Origin: Lama guanicoe
Taxonomy: Eukaryota
Assembly (NCBI GenBank): GCA_013239625.1
Contig: MU054204.1
Span: 805,537-869,536, forward strand
Length of the DNA: 64,000 nt
Direction: 5' to 3'
Below, piece after piece: positions 44,331 to 58,433 of the stretch. The position numbers and the translations under genes were made by a program. The notes under the pieces were generated by a model. That model searched no databases and had not been told where the DNA came from. It was given only the letters and a program-made list of their open reading frames with translations. Every line of letters begins with the position of its first letter. Within the stretch, counting starts at the first letter, position 1.

Positions 44331-46193
44331 GTTTTTTTTTTTAACGTATTTATTTTATATCATATTTTTAAAATTGAAGTATAGTTGATGTACAATATTA
44401 TATGTTACAGGTATACAATACAGTGATTCACAATTTTTAAAGGTTATACTCCATTTATAGTTATTTTAAAATATTGGCTCTATTCCCCATGTTGTACACT
44501 ACATCCTTGTAGCTTATTTTATACCTGAGAGTACACATCTCCTAATCCTCCACCTCCATCTTGCCCTTCACCCCTCCCCCTTCCCTCTCCCTACTGGTAA
44601 CCACTAGTTCCTTCTCTACAGCTGTGAGTCTATTTCTTCTCTGTTATATTCATTAGTTTGTTGCATTTTTTTTAGATTTCACATGTAAGTGATATCTTAC
44701 AGTAGTTGTCCTTCTCTGTCTGACTTATTTCACTTAGCATAATGCCCTCCAAGTCTATCCATGTTGTACACCAGAAACTAATATAATATTTAAAATCAAC
44801 TGTACTTCAATTAACAAGCAAACAAACAACCCATTTAAAATATGGGCAGAAGAACTGAACAGACATTTTTCCCAAAGAGGAAATGCAAATGGCCAACAGG
44901 AACATGAACAGTTGCTCAACATCACCAATATCAGGAAAATGCAAATCAAAACCACAATGAGACACCATCTCACACCTGTCAGAGTGGCCATCATCAAAAA
45001 GAACACAAATAACAAATGTTGGCAAGGATATGGAGAAAGGGGAACCCCTGTACACTGTTTGTAGAAATGTAAACTGGTACAGCCACCATGGAAAACAATA
45101 TAGAGGTTTCCCAAAAATCTAACAATAGAACCATCATATGGCCCAGCAATTCCACTCCTGGGCATATATCTGAGAAAAACAAAAATGTTAATTCAGAAAG
45201 ATACATACACCCTACTATTAATGACAGCACTATTTATAATTGCCAAGATATGGAAGCATCCTAAGTACACATCAATAGATGAATGGATAAAGAAGATGTA
45301 GTATATATATGCAATGGAATACAACTCACCCATAAAAAAGGATATTTTGCCATTTTGGCCCTTCATTCACTTTTTTTTTTTTTGCACTTCAAAAACCAAA
45401 ATTTTATAACTGGCACAAACATTTCCATTGCATCAAAAACAACAAAATACCTAGAAATAAACTTAACCAGGGAGGTTATCTATACTCTGAAAACTGTAAT
45501 ACATTAATGAAGGAAACTGAAAATAATACAAAGAAATGGAAAGATATCTTGTGCTCTTAGGTTAGAAGAATCAACATTATTAAAATGGCCATTCTTCCCA
45601 AAGCAATCTACAGATTCAATGCAACTCCTGTCAAAATACTCATGGAATTTTTCACAGAACTGGAGCAAATAATGCTAAAATTTATATGGAACCATAAAAG
45701 ACCCCCAACTGCCAAAGCAATCTTTTGTTTTTCCCCTTTCTTCTTTTTGTTCTCTTTTCTTGTGGTTTGATGACTAGAAAAGTTTAACATTTGTTGTAAA
45801 GCTGGTTTGGTGGTGCTGAATTCTTTTAGTTTTGTTTATCTGTGAAGCTTTTGATTTCTCCACCAAATCTGAATGAGAGCCTTGCTGTATAGAGTATTCT
45901 TGGTTGTAAATTTTTCCCTCTCATCACTTTAAATATATCGTGCCACTCCCTTCTATCCTGTAGAGTTTTTGCTGAAAAATCAGCTGATAACCTTATGGGA
46001 GTTCCTTGTATGATATTCATTGCTTTTCTCTTGCTGATTTTGATATTTTCTCCTTATCCTTAATTTTTGTCTATTTGATTACTATGTGCCTTAGGGTGTT
46101 CCACTTTGGGTTGATCCTGTGAGGAACTCTGTGCTTCCTGGACCTGGGTGACTGTTTCCTTTCCCAAGTTAGGGAAGTTTTCAGTTATTCTGG
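44331..46193 (-). mobile_element. Rearranged L1 insertion flanked by a 13-bp TSD
   Basis: TACTAGCATCTTG at 44318-44330 and 46194-46206, with poly-T at 44332. ORF1 peptide on the minus strand (45826..46020) and ORF2 peptide on the plus strand (45585..45770). Confidence 0.85.
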
Positions 46194-47146
46194 TACTAGC
46201 ATCTTGTTTAACTAGTGACAGTGACATGTGTTGGTACAAATAAATGAACACTTCCATCTCAACTAGCCCATGTGGCAAAAACAAATGGATAAACCAATGG
46301 GTAGGCTGATACACATGGCCCTTCAAGTAAAAATATAAAGTATATCACATATTCCAATGCTAACAAGCACAAAGAAGTAATACTTTCCTATTTCTTTTTT
46401 TAATCTTTAAAAATTCTATTGAGAGGTGAGGTAATTAGATTTATTCATTTATTTTTAATGGAGGCACTGGGGATTGAACTCAGGACCTCATGCATGCTAG
46501 GCATGCACATAACCACTGAACTATACCCTCCCCATCTATTTCTTAATTTTGCTCAACAATGATAACTAGTGACCTGCATACGGCATTCTGTATAAGTAAT
46601 ACACGCCAGATACCACAAATGTGGAAAAGGGAGAATGCAAGAGGAAGAAACCGCTGAGAAGCATTATGTAATTCACCAAGTTGCAAGTATTGTCTTATCA
46701 TTGCAAATAGAACATTAAGACAATGGTAAGTATAACATTGAAGGTGATAAGAATTGGCACGTACATAAAATCACCCTTTTTCTACCCACTGTATTTTGAG
46801 CTACTTGAGGACAGGGTGATTTAAATCTGTGTTCCTAAGCACCTGACACAAAGAGAGAGCTCCATAGATAATCTACTTTATACTCCAATTCCAGTTTTAG
46901 TCACTTTATTTTGAGAGGCAGAAATGAAACACAAATCCTGGATAGTAGTCTCTGAGATACCATATTTCAGAGGCTTGGGCCAATCCTTAAGCCAAGGCAT
47001 CTTCTCTGCCTGCCAAAATTTCGAGTAAAAATTCCCAGGAGGAAATAATGGTGGTTCTTCTCACAACGTGTTCTTCATGTAGGAGTCATCCTCACAGACG
47101 AGTAGTTATGAGAAAAGACCAGACTCAAAGCAGGCAAGTACGAGAA

Positions 47147-47631
47147 CAACAATTCTCAAACTTTTCAGTCTCGCGATCCCTTTAGTCTTCAGAATTACTG
47201 AGGGACCTAAAAAGCTTTTTTTTTAAGGGTTCTATCTATAGATACTTACTGTATTAGAAATTCAAACCCAGAAATGCTTAAAATAACTCTTTCTTAATAC
47301 ATTTAAATATAATAGTACTCATCTCATTATATGTTAACATTAACTTTTGGGAAAAAAATCTAGATTTTCCAAAGCAAAAGAAAAATTAGTTAAAGGCAAC
47401 GTGCAAATCTTTTTAATGCCTGCCTTAACAGAGGACACGTATTCCATTAGCCATCAGAGCAATGACATCAGCACCTGTCATATAGCCTCTAGAAAACTCC
47501 ACTGTATACTCATGAGAAAGTCAGAATGAAAAAGGCCAAGAAAGTCTTAATATTATTATGAAAATAGTTTTGACTTTGCAGATCCCTCGAAATGGTCTCA
47601 GGGAGCCCAGACCACCCTTTGAGAATTGTTG
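47147..47631. mobile_element. hAT-Charlie-type non-autonomous DNA transposon
   Basis: Perfect 14-bp terminal inverted repeats CAACAATTCTCAAA / TTTGAGAATTGTTG. Confidence 0.8.
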
Positions 47632-49509
47632 AAGGAGAGAAATAATACAGAATGGAGAAACCATCCTTGGGCAACACTCATGATTGGTAAGAAGGAAGAG
47701 GACAAATCAGTCAGATGAGATAGTGTTAACAGATGTGCAAGTGAAACAAATAACAAACTATTATTTCCCATAAATATTTCTCCAAAGAGGTAATAGCCTT
47801 GACATATAAAGAGATTGTTCAAATCATTAAAATTGAATCCCAACAGATGAAAGGGCAAAATATATTAGTAGATAATTTCTTAAAGAAGAGGGGGAAAAGT
47901 GCTTTAAAAATTCAGTGAAATGAAAATTCAAACAATATGCTATATTCCCTTAGCAGATTAGCTTTTCTTTGGATTGCTTTCAATGATTCTTCAAATGATA
48001 ATATGATTAGAAAGGTTTTCAAGAGAGTGATAAACAGGATGGCTAGAAAAGCACTCTGAAGTTCAAGGACAAGAGCCTGCGAGGCCTGACAAAAGACACC
48101 ACTCAAATTTTATAGATCACTGTCACTTTGGAATATACGAGTAAAGCACTGAAACAAACTTTTAAGAAACTGAATATAGCATTACACTGAAATATGCTAC
48201 TACAAATAAGGAGAGTTTATTCCAAAAACACAAGACTGGTATCACAAGGGAAACTGTCCACATCATTTATCAGATTAACACATAAATTTTTAAAGGCCAT
48301 AATTATCTCAACAGATGTCAAGAATGGAGTTTTTAAATTTATATTTATTCCAGATTAAAATTTTAAAAATATTCCGGGTGGAGGATTTCTTTCTTGACAT
48401 GATACAGAGTATTTAAACTCAAACCGAGACACAAAATCTCATTCCCCTTAAAACAGGAAGACAGTGATACCTCCTATTGCCTGTTATATTTGACATGGTA
48501 AAAGAAAACTTTAAGAGGAAAAAAGTGAAGGATGTATATAGGAAAGGAAGAAATATCATATTCTGATGTTGGGATTGCATGAATGCATATCTATACAACT
48601 CTAAGAATATTAACTAAAAATAACTCAAGGTAATAAATGAATTTAGAAATTATAAGGTAAACAGATAAAAACCAACTACATTCTCATGTACTACCACAGA
48701 ACTAGAAAATACAATAATTTATCTGTGTTAGAGACATAAACTTAAAATACAATATTACTTCAAAATTTATAAAATCCAAATAGGAGGAAAAAAAGAATGA
48801 TATTAATCAACAAAGATGTCTCATGCTATTGAATGGTCTAAATATAGCAAGAATGAAATAGTAATTTAAGTTGCATTACAACTATATATTAATCTAAAGT
48901 CCCCATGGCATCTTTTATATAACTTAAAAGATTGATGGTGAACCTCATCTAGTAAAATAAGTAGGCAAGGATACTAGTATATGTATTTTCTTAAATGTAA
49001 ATACGGCAAACATAACCTGTCAGATTTTAATCTTCTACAAAGAATCAGCAAAACCTTATGGTATTGGATTAAGAATAGAGAATCTAGGAATGCATACACA
49101 CTATCAGAAGAATGTAATAGTTGATAAACCAGAAGCAACACAAATATAAGGAAAGAATCACTTTTTGGTAAATAGTTGAGGGACTGCTAGATATCAAAAT
49201 GGAAAACAATACACAATTATAGCATACACCACACTGCAATAAATTCCAGATAGGTTTTTTAGAATTGATTTTAAAAAGAACACAGAATAATATATTTATT
49301 CCAGATGTGGAGAATAGACAAAATTGTTTCTGACTACGGAAAGATACAAAATGGATTCATTCCTATGTACTAAAATAAGTAACTTTCTGCATCAGGGAAT
49401 GGATGCAATAAAATGAAGTAGAAAGAACAGAAAGGGAACAAATCTGTGTCATCACTGATAAAAGTAATAAAAAAGGTGGATGCATGTATTCAAGTAAAAA
49501 TCAAAGGAG

Positions 49510-52500
49510 GACTTCCGTTTTCTGGTCCAGCATGTAAGGAGCTTGGAAGTCATCATTCTCATCCTCACAATGAGAAAAAAAAATTGAACAAACTGAAAAG
49601 CAACAATTCTCCTTAAGGCCATCAGATGACTCAGCTCACAGGGCACACTGCTGTCCCCAAACTTGGGGAAACAAGCGGATACAGAGAATCATAGCTTTTA
49701 CTAGCAGAATCCTCTGTGAGAACCAGTACCAGGGTAGGAGAATCTAAATTGTAACTGAAGAATAGCCAGAGGCTTAGTGTGGACAAGTTTGAGAGTTAAG
49801 AACTTGAGAAGGCCCACTCTTAGGGGCACCATACACTTCTGCAACTTTTACCTCCAGGAGCCCTACTAGATTCTCACAGTGAAGACCAGAGAAAATTTCC
49901 CTCTTGCTTCCAGCAGGAGGCAGGAAAATGAACAGAGCATTCTGTTCTTAACAAGGCTGGCCCTCAAGAGAAACTATTTTACCAGAGCCTAACCAACTTA
50001 AGGGAAAGAAAACTCAACTCTAGCTCCCTCTAGCCTTCCTGTCTCATGTAAGGAAGAAAAAAACAAAAAGAAAAACCTGAGAAGCACTTGTGAAGTTCAC
50101 ATCTGAGGAGTACAGGCTTACTAACAGACTGAAATAGGATAATGAACATGTCCCTCCCTCTACACCTTACTAACACATCACATAATAACAACAGGGGAAT
50201 ACAATTGCAAGAACTACACAAGCCCAAATACACAGGGGAGATAAAAGCAAAGATATTAGAGAAGATTTTAGCCTCTGATACATACAGGTACAGCAAACAG
50301 TAAACACATCTTAACTCCTATCCAGATAAACATAAAACTTCACACTAAAGGCCTATTTATCTTGGTTACTTTCATCCAGTATGTCATGTCTAGATTTCCA
50401 AATAAACATTATAAGGCACACTAAAAGACAAAAAATAAAAATAAAAAAACAGCATAGAGAGACAGAGCAAGCATCAGAATCAGAGTCAGATAAGGATGGA
50501 ATGTTGGAATTTTCAGAACAGCAATTTAAAATAATTATGATGACTATGCTAAGGGTCTTAATGGAAAAGGTTGACAATATGCAAGAACAGATGGGTAATG
50601 GAAACAGAGAGATGGAAACTGTAAGAAAAAATCAAAGGGAAATATCAGAAACCCAAAACATTATAAAAGAAACGAAGAATGTCTTTGATGGGCTCATCAA
50701 TAGACTGAAAACAGCAGAAGGAAAAGAATTGGCAAGCTTGAAAAAATGTCAATAAAAACTTCTCAAACTGACATGCAAAGAGAAAAAAAGAAAGAAAAAA
50801 TGAATAGAATATCAAGAACTGTGAGACAATTAGACATGTATAATGGGAAAGAAGAAGGAAAAGGAGAAGAAGGAGGGGGAGAAGGAGAAGACAAGGTACA
50901 AAAGAAGTATTTGATGCAATAATGACTGAGACTTTCCTAAAATTAATAATAGACACCAAACCACAGGTCCATAAAGCTCAGAGAACACAAAGAAGGATAC
51001 ATACATGCATACATACATACATACATACATACATACTACAATTAGGCATATAATACTCTAACAGTAGAAAATTAAAGGCAGAGAAAATATCTTGAAAGTA
51101 GCCAGAGGAAAAAAATATCTTACCTATAGAAGAGTAAGGATAAAAATTACATCAGATTTCTCTTCAGAAGCCATGTAATCAAGAAGAGAGAAGAGCGAAA
51201 AATATGAAGTGTTGAAAAGAACCACCAATCAAGAATTCTGAATCCAGAGAAACTGTCCTTCAAAACTGAATGAGAAAGACTTTGCTCAGAAAAATAAAAA
51301 TTGAGGGGATTTGTCAACAGTAGACCTGCCTTGCAGGAAATGTGAAAGAAACTTTTTAGAAAAAAGAAAAATAATAGAGGTCAGAAACTCATATCTATAT
51401 AAAGAAAGGAAAAGTGCTAGAGAAGGAATAAATGAAGGTAAAATAGAATATTTTTAATTCTTTTTTTCAGTTTTTTTTGTTTTGTTTTTTTTAATTCTTA
51501 ATTAATCTAACAGATAACGGTTTCTGCAAAATAATAACAGCAACAATATTTGGTGATGATAGCTTATGGATAAATGAAATAAAACACAGAAATGTTACAA
51601 GGGACAGGAGAGAGGAAGTAGGAATATTCTGAAAATAAGGTACTTGCATTACTCATTAAGTAGTATTGTGTTATTTGAAAGAAGACTTTGATTAGTTGTA
51701 ACTGTATATTGCAAACAAGAGGGCAACTGCTAACAAAAGTTTTTTAAAAAGTAAAGGAAAGAAGTATAATTAATATACTAAAAGAGGAGGAAAAATGGAC
51801 TCATACAAAATGCTTAATTAAAACTAGAAGGCAAAGAAAGAGTGGGTGACAAAATAAGAAAACAAGGCAACAAATAGGAAACAGTAGCAAATATGGCAGA
51901 TAATGTGGACTTAACATATTAGTAATCACTTTAAACATCAATGGTCTAAATATACCAATTAAAAGACAGAGACTACCATAGTGGATAAAAATACAATATC
52001 CAACTCAGTTGTCTGCAAAAAAAACTACTTTAAATATAAAGACAGATAGATTAAAAGCAAGGAGATGGAGAAAGATATAACATGCTAATGCTAATTAACA
52101 GGAAGCTAGAGTAGCTGTATTAGACAAAGCTGTCTTCAGAGCAAGGCAAATTATCAGGAATAAAGAGGAACATTACATAATGATAAAGGGGTCAATTCTC
52201 TAAGAAACCATAACAATCTTTAATGTGTATGTGCCTTATAATAGAGTGTAAAATACATGAGGCAAAAACTGATAGAGTGGCAAGGAGAAACAGATGAACC
52301 TATCATTATAGTTGAAGATTTCAACACCCCTCTACTGGAAATGGACAGATCCAACAGCAGAAAATCAGTAAAGACATAGTTGAACTAAACAGTATCATCA
52401 ATCAACTGGATCAAATTGACAACTGCAGAATCCTTCATCTAACAGCAGCAGGAGAATAAACATTCTTCTCAAGCTCACATGGCTCATTCACAAAGATAGA

Positions 52501-55500
52501 TGACATTCTGGGCCCTGAAATACACCTTAACAATTTAAAAAAAAGACAGAAATCATGCAAAGTCTGCTGTCAGATCATAATGAAATTAAACTGGAAATCA
52601 ACAACAGAAAGGTAGCTGGAAAATCCCAAAATACTTGAAGATTAAACAACACACTTCCAAATAACACGTGTGTCAAAGAATAACTCACGAGAAATTAACA
52701 AACATTTTGAAGAAAATGAAAATTTTAAAATAACATCAAAATTTCTGAGAAGCAGCAAAACCAGTGCTTAGAGGGAAATTTATAGCATTGAATACATATA
52801 TTAGAAAAAAAAGATCTAAAATCAGTCAGCTGATCTTCCACTTTAGGAAACTAGAAAAAGATGAGCAAACTAAGCACAAGAAAGTAAATAATAAAAATTA
52901 GAGCAGAAATGAATGAAATTGAAGACAGGAAATCAATAAAGTAAATCAATAAAACCAAGAGTTGGCTCTTTTAACAGATCAATAAAATTCATAAATCTCT
53001 AGCCAGGTTAACTAAGAAAAAGAGAAAGAAGATAAAAATTAATAATATCAAAAATGAAACAGAAACCACCACCATTCATCATATGGACATTAAAAAGATA
53101 ATAAAGGAATAGTATTAGAAAATCTGTGCTCACAAATTTGATAACCTATATGAAATGGACCAATGCCTTGAAAAATACAATCTACTGAAACTTACACAAA
53201 GAGAAACAGATCAGTGAATAATCCTTTATCTATTAAATAAGTTGAATCAATAATAACCTTCCAAAACAGAAAGCTCCAGACCCAGATAAGATCACTGGTG
53301 ATTCCTACCAAACACTTAAAGAAGAAATTATATCAATTCTCTACAATCTCTTTCAAAAAGCAGAAGCTGAGCAAATACTTCCCAACTCATTCTATGAGAA
53401 TAGCATTACCTTAATATCAAAACAAAACAAAGACACTGAAAAAACAGAAAACTACAGACCAGTATCATGAACATAGTTGTAAAGATCCTTAACCAAGTGC
53501 TAGCAGATTGAATCCAACAATGTATACAAAGAATTAAATACCACGATCAAGTATGATTTATTTCAGGCATGCAAGGCAGGGCCAACATTTAAAAAATCAA
53601 TCAGTATAATGCATCACATCAACAGGGCTAAAGAAGAAAAATCGTAGGAACATATCAATCAATGCAAAAAGAAATTTGACAAAATCCAACATTTATTCAT
53701 GATAAAAATCTCTCTCTCAGCAAAGGGGAACTTCCTGGACTAGAGCTAACATCTTATTTAATGGTGAGAAACTAGATGCTTTCCTGCTAACATCAGGAAC
53801 AAGACAAGGATGTCTGTGCTCACCACTCCTATTCAGCATCATACTGGAAGTCTCAACTACTGCAATAACAAGTAAAGGAAACAAAAGGTATACAAATTGG
53901 GAAGGAAGCAATAAAACTGTCTTTGTACACAGATGACATGATTTGTCTATGTAGAAAATCTCAAAAGAATCAACCAAAACATTCATGGAACTAAAGAGCA
54001 AAGCAACTCTAGCAAGGTTTCAGGATACAAGGTTAATATACAAAAGTCAACTGCTTTCTTGTATATCAGCAATGAACAATTGAAACTTCAAATTACAAGC
54101 ACAATGCCATTAGAGCTGTAAAATGAACTGCTAAATGAGTCATAGATCACTGCTCCTTCTAGCCTGGAGAATCTCCAGCATTCGTTCACACCATAGGAAC
54201 CTTTCTTGCCTGTATCATGAACAACCACTCCAAGGTAGTTGAAAGAGCTCAAAACAAAGTTTTTCAGTTGCAGATTGTGGCTACAGAGACACTCATCAGA
54301 GGACTATAACAACATTAGTGATTCCCAGAAAGCCATAGGGCTTGGAGGGCAGGAAGCCTCTCTACAATGTATGTCATCTAGGAACAGAATCATGTCATGA
54401 AGACTCTTTCTAAACCACTCCTACAGAGCAACCAGCAGTGTTTTCCTAAACAGATGCCCCAGTAGCAAAAGCTCAATTGATGGAGTAAGATGTAAATGCC
54501 TAGCATAGGAGGAAAACAAAACACTTAAAAGGCCTGGAGAAGAGCAAAGAAATTGGGACCAGTTGTCAGAAAACCCAGTCCTGACTGTGTTCCTTCTTCC
54601 TTGGTGGCTCTACCTCCCTAAATTTCAGTTTTCACATTTGTAAAATGTGAGGATCAAGCTGCTCCCTCAACCTACTCACCGAGGATTATAAACTCTTTGA
54701 GGGCAATGCTAAGTCTTAGCTCCAGAATAACACATCTAGGTTTGACCAAGAATAGAATAATAAATTTTTAAAAAATTTAAAAACACAATGTCATTTACAT
54801 TAGCACCAAAAATGAAATAATTAGGTATAAGTCTAATAAAATATGTGTAAGATCTATATGATGAAAGAAATCAAAGATATAATGGGGACATATTCCATAT
54901 ACATGGATAGGAAGGCTCAATACTGTCAAGAAATCAGTTCTTCCCAACTTGAACTATAGATTCAATACAATCCCGACCAAAATCCCATCAAGTTATTTTG
55001 TAGATATCAACAAACTGATTCTAAAGTTTATATAAAGAGGCAAAAGACTCAGAATAGCTGACACAATATTGAAGAACAAAGTCAGAGCACTGACACTACC
55101 CAACTTCAAGACGTATTAAAAAGCTACAGCAACTAAGATAGTATGGTATTGGTGGAAGAAGAGACAAATTGATCAATGAAACAGACTAGAAAACCCAAAA
55201 ATAGACCCACACAAATATACTCAACTGATCTTTGACAAAGGACAAAAGCCAATTCAATAGAGAAAGGACAGTCTTTCAACAAACGATACTGGAACTGGAC
55301 ATCTACATGCAAAAGAGAAAATCTAGACACAGATCTGTAACTTTCACAGGAATTAACTCAAAATGCATCACAGACCCACATGTAAAATGCAAAACTATAA
55401 ACCTCCTACAAGATAACATAGGAGAAAATCTAGTTGACCTTGGGTTTGGAGATAACTTTTTAGTTAACAACCCCAAAAGTATGATCTATGAAAGAAAAAT

Positions 55501-56670
55501 TGATAAATTGGATTTATTAAAATTAAAAACTTCTGCTCTTCAAAAGCCACTGATAACAGAATGAAAAAAACCAAGTCATACATGGGAGAAATATTTGCAA
55601 AAGGCATACCTGATAAGGGACTGGTATTCAAAATATACAAAGAACTCTTAAAATTCAATAAGAAAACAAACAACACAATTTAAAAATGGGCAAAAGATCT
55701 GACCCTAACCAAAGAAAATATACAGATGGTAAATAACCATATGAAAAAATGTTCAACATCAGGTTTAATTAGAGAGTTGCAAGTTAAAACAACAAGGTAC
55801 CACTACCCGCTTATTAGAATGGCTAAAATCCAAAACACTGACACCAAATCCTGAGGAGGATGTGGAGCAATAGGAACTCTCATTCATTGCTGGTGGGAAT
55901 GCCAAACAGTATAGACACTTTGGAAGACAGTTTGACAATTTCTTAAAAAACTAAACATACTCTTACTATACAATTCAGCAATGTCACTCCTTGGTATTTA
56001 CCCAAATGATTTGAAAATTTACATCTACACAAAAACCTGCATATAGATGCTTAGCAGCTTTACTCAAAATTGCCCAAACTGGGGAAAACCAAGGTGTTTT
56101 TCAGTAGGTGAGTGGACAGACAAACCACAGTACAGCCAGAAAATGAAATATTATTATTCAGTGGTAAAAAAATAAATGAGCTATCAAGTCATGAAAAGAT
56201 ACAGAGGAGTGTTAAATAAATAAAAGAAGCCACTCTGAAAAGGCTACATACTGTGTAATTCCAACCATATGACATCCTGAAAAAGGCAAAACTAGGGAAA
56301 CAGTAAAATGATTGGTGGTTGCCAGGGGTGTGGGAGGAGGGAGCAATGAATAGGTGGAGCACAGAGGAATTTTAGGGCAGTGAAGATACTCTGTATGATA
56401 CTCTAGCGGTGGATACATGTCATTATACATTCGTCTAAACCCACAGAATATTCAACACAAAGAGAGAACCCTAATGTAAACTATGGACTTTCATTGTTAA
56501 TAATGTATCAATATTGGCTGATCAATTTTAACAAGTGTACTATATTAACTGTAAGATATGAGTAATAGAGGAAACTAGGGTGGGAGAAGTATATGGTAAC
56601 TGTCTGTAACTTCTGCTTAATTTTTCTGTAAACCTAAAACTGCTCTAAAAAATCTATTAAGTTAAAAAAA
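49510..56670 (+). mobile_element. Near-full-length decayed LINE-1 (old L1M-type)
   Basis: 5'UTR-like region, then an ORF1-like coiled coil (ORF 50381..50755) and ORF2 remnants at about 51900-56100 (EN/RT-like sequence, e.g. tacagaccagtatc, gtacacagatgacatgatt) with many stops. The 3'UTR runs to about 56670. Interrupted at 54112-54783. Confidence 0.9.
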
Positions 56671-56723
56671 TCAAAGGAGACTGAAAGGACAGTTTTCACA
56701 TAAGTAAATTTTGACTCTAAAAA

Positions 56724-57047
56724 ATCATCCTGTGGAGGAGAAGGTATAGCTCAGTGGCAGAGCAAATGCTTAGCATGCACAAAGTCCTGGGTTCAATCCC
56801 CAGTACCTCCATTAAAAAACAAACAAAATAAACAAACCTAATTACCTCTTCCCAGAACTTTTTAAAATTTTTAAATAAAAATCATCCTGTGGAGGAGAAG
56901 GTATAGCTCAGTGGCAGAGCAAATGCTTAGCATGCACAAAGTCCTGGGTTCAATCCCCAGTACCTCCATTAAAAAACAAACAAAATAAACAAACCTAATT
57001 ACCTCTTCCCAGAACTTTTTAAAATTTTTAAATAAAAATCATCCTGT
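56724..57047 (+). repeat. Exact 157-bp tandem duplication of a SINE plus its target site
   Basis: ATCATCCTGT starts at 56724, 56881 and 57038 (period 157). The two units read identically. Confidence 0.9.
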
Positions 57048-57252
57048 GAGGGAACTATATTCAGTATCTTGTAATAATCTTTAATGAAAAAGAATATGAA
57101 AACAAATATATGTATGTACATGCATATTGTGCTGTACACCAGAAACTGACACATTGTAACTGACTATATATACCTCAATAAAAACAAACTTTCAAATCTA
57201 AAAAAAAAATCATCCTGTGTAACACAGAAATTTCTATTAAAGTTATGTAAAC

Positions 57253-57430
57253 CAGTGATTCTCAAAGTTCAACATGCACCAGAATCCCCCAGAGGGCTGA
57301 TTACACAGACTGCTGGGCTCACTACCCCACCCCAACCCCAACTTTCTGATTCCCTAGGTCTGAGGTGGGACCTGACAATTTGAATTTCTAACAAGGTCCC
57401 AGGGAATGTGCACATTACTGGCCCTGGGCA
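57253..57430. mobile_element. MER5A-like hAT element
   Basis: cagtgattctcaaagt...cagaatc...ctgattc...taggtctg...tttctaacaag pattern. Confidence 0.7.
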
Positions 57431-58350
57431 TCAAGAAAGATGCAAAGTTTGAGAAAAACATGAGCAAGGCTGAGCAGTCACCAAAATGGGGTTTTAGGGT
57501 ATATTAAACAACTTGAGTCTTTTTTGCAGGGTATATTAGGAGAATTTGGGAGAGAAGGACAAGTCCCACCTGTTTAAGAACCTGAGAAAGAAGACTGAAA
57601 TGTAGTGTCTGTCTGTTTCTATCACACCCTTTCTCTCCCTCTCTCACCATTTGTAACACTGTATTGCTATGCTGACCTGAAAATCATAAATCTGTTCTGG
57701 GCAATGGGTAAAGGGAGGAATGAATCGATCAGCCCAGCTGAAGTGGAGAGTATACTGGAGAACACTGCTAAGGCCACCTAAAAATGTGAGACTAAATCTG
57801 CATTCTCCACCCCTCCTCTTTTTCTCTTAAAGATTGATCCTAGATAGCATAACTCATTGGACTGTCCCCTCATGTCCAGGAGACAAAATGTGTTGCTGAC
57901 AGGTTACTTTGAACTCTGGGACAATACTCTCCACCTCTCTTTACACACAAACATGTATGTAAGCCAAAAGGTGGATGGAGAACATATTAAGAGTTTCTAG
58001 GGGTCAGGGTATAGCTCAGTGGTAGAGCACATGCTTAGCATGCATGAGGTCCTGGGTTCAATCCCCAGTACCTCCATTAGAACAAATGGATGGATGGATG
58101 AATGAATGAATGAACAGAATGAACAAACTGAACTACCTCCCCTGAAAAAACAAACAAGAGCTTCTAAGAAACTCCTGCATGTGCTCAGCAGGCCAAAGAG
58201 CCAATGCTGTCAATTGTGTTCACTGCAGCCTTTCTAGCAACCAGCACAGTGGCTGGCGCATAGTAAATGCTTCCTAAGTAATTGCTGAAAGAATGACCAA
58301 ATCTGAGGGAAGTGATGGAAAGATGAATAGTCCTCCTGTATGATCACAAT

Positions 58351-58433
58351 GCACACTTTTCTTAGACCCAGGCATCTACGTGGTGGCTTCAGAAAGCCCG
58401 GCACCTGCATGCAATGAATAGGAAAGAGGGAAG
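58351..58433 (-). pseudogene. Decayed miR-188/660-like hairpin
   Basis: Minus strand TCCCTCTTTCCTATTCATTGCATGCAGGTGCCGGGCTTTCTGAAGCCACCACGTAGATGCCTGGG retains TTGCATG and the GCTTTCTGAA loop of the recalled pre-miR-188. Confidence 0.55.

Noticed and set aside
47640..49500. AT-rich stretch with faint L1 ORF2 similarity
   Set aside because: Probably very old L1 remnants, but too decayed to delimit without a search.
50381..50755. 124-aa coiled-coil ORF as a novel gene
   Set aside because: It is an ORF1 remnant of the decayed L1.
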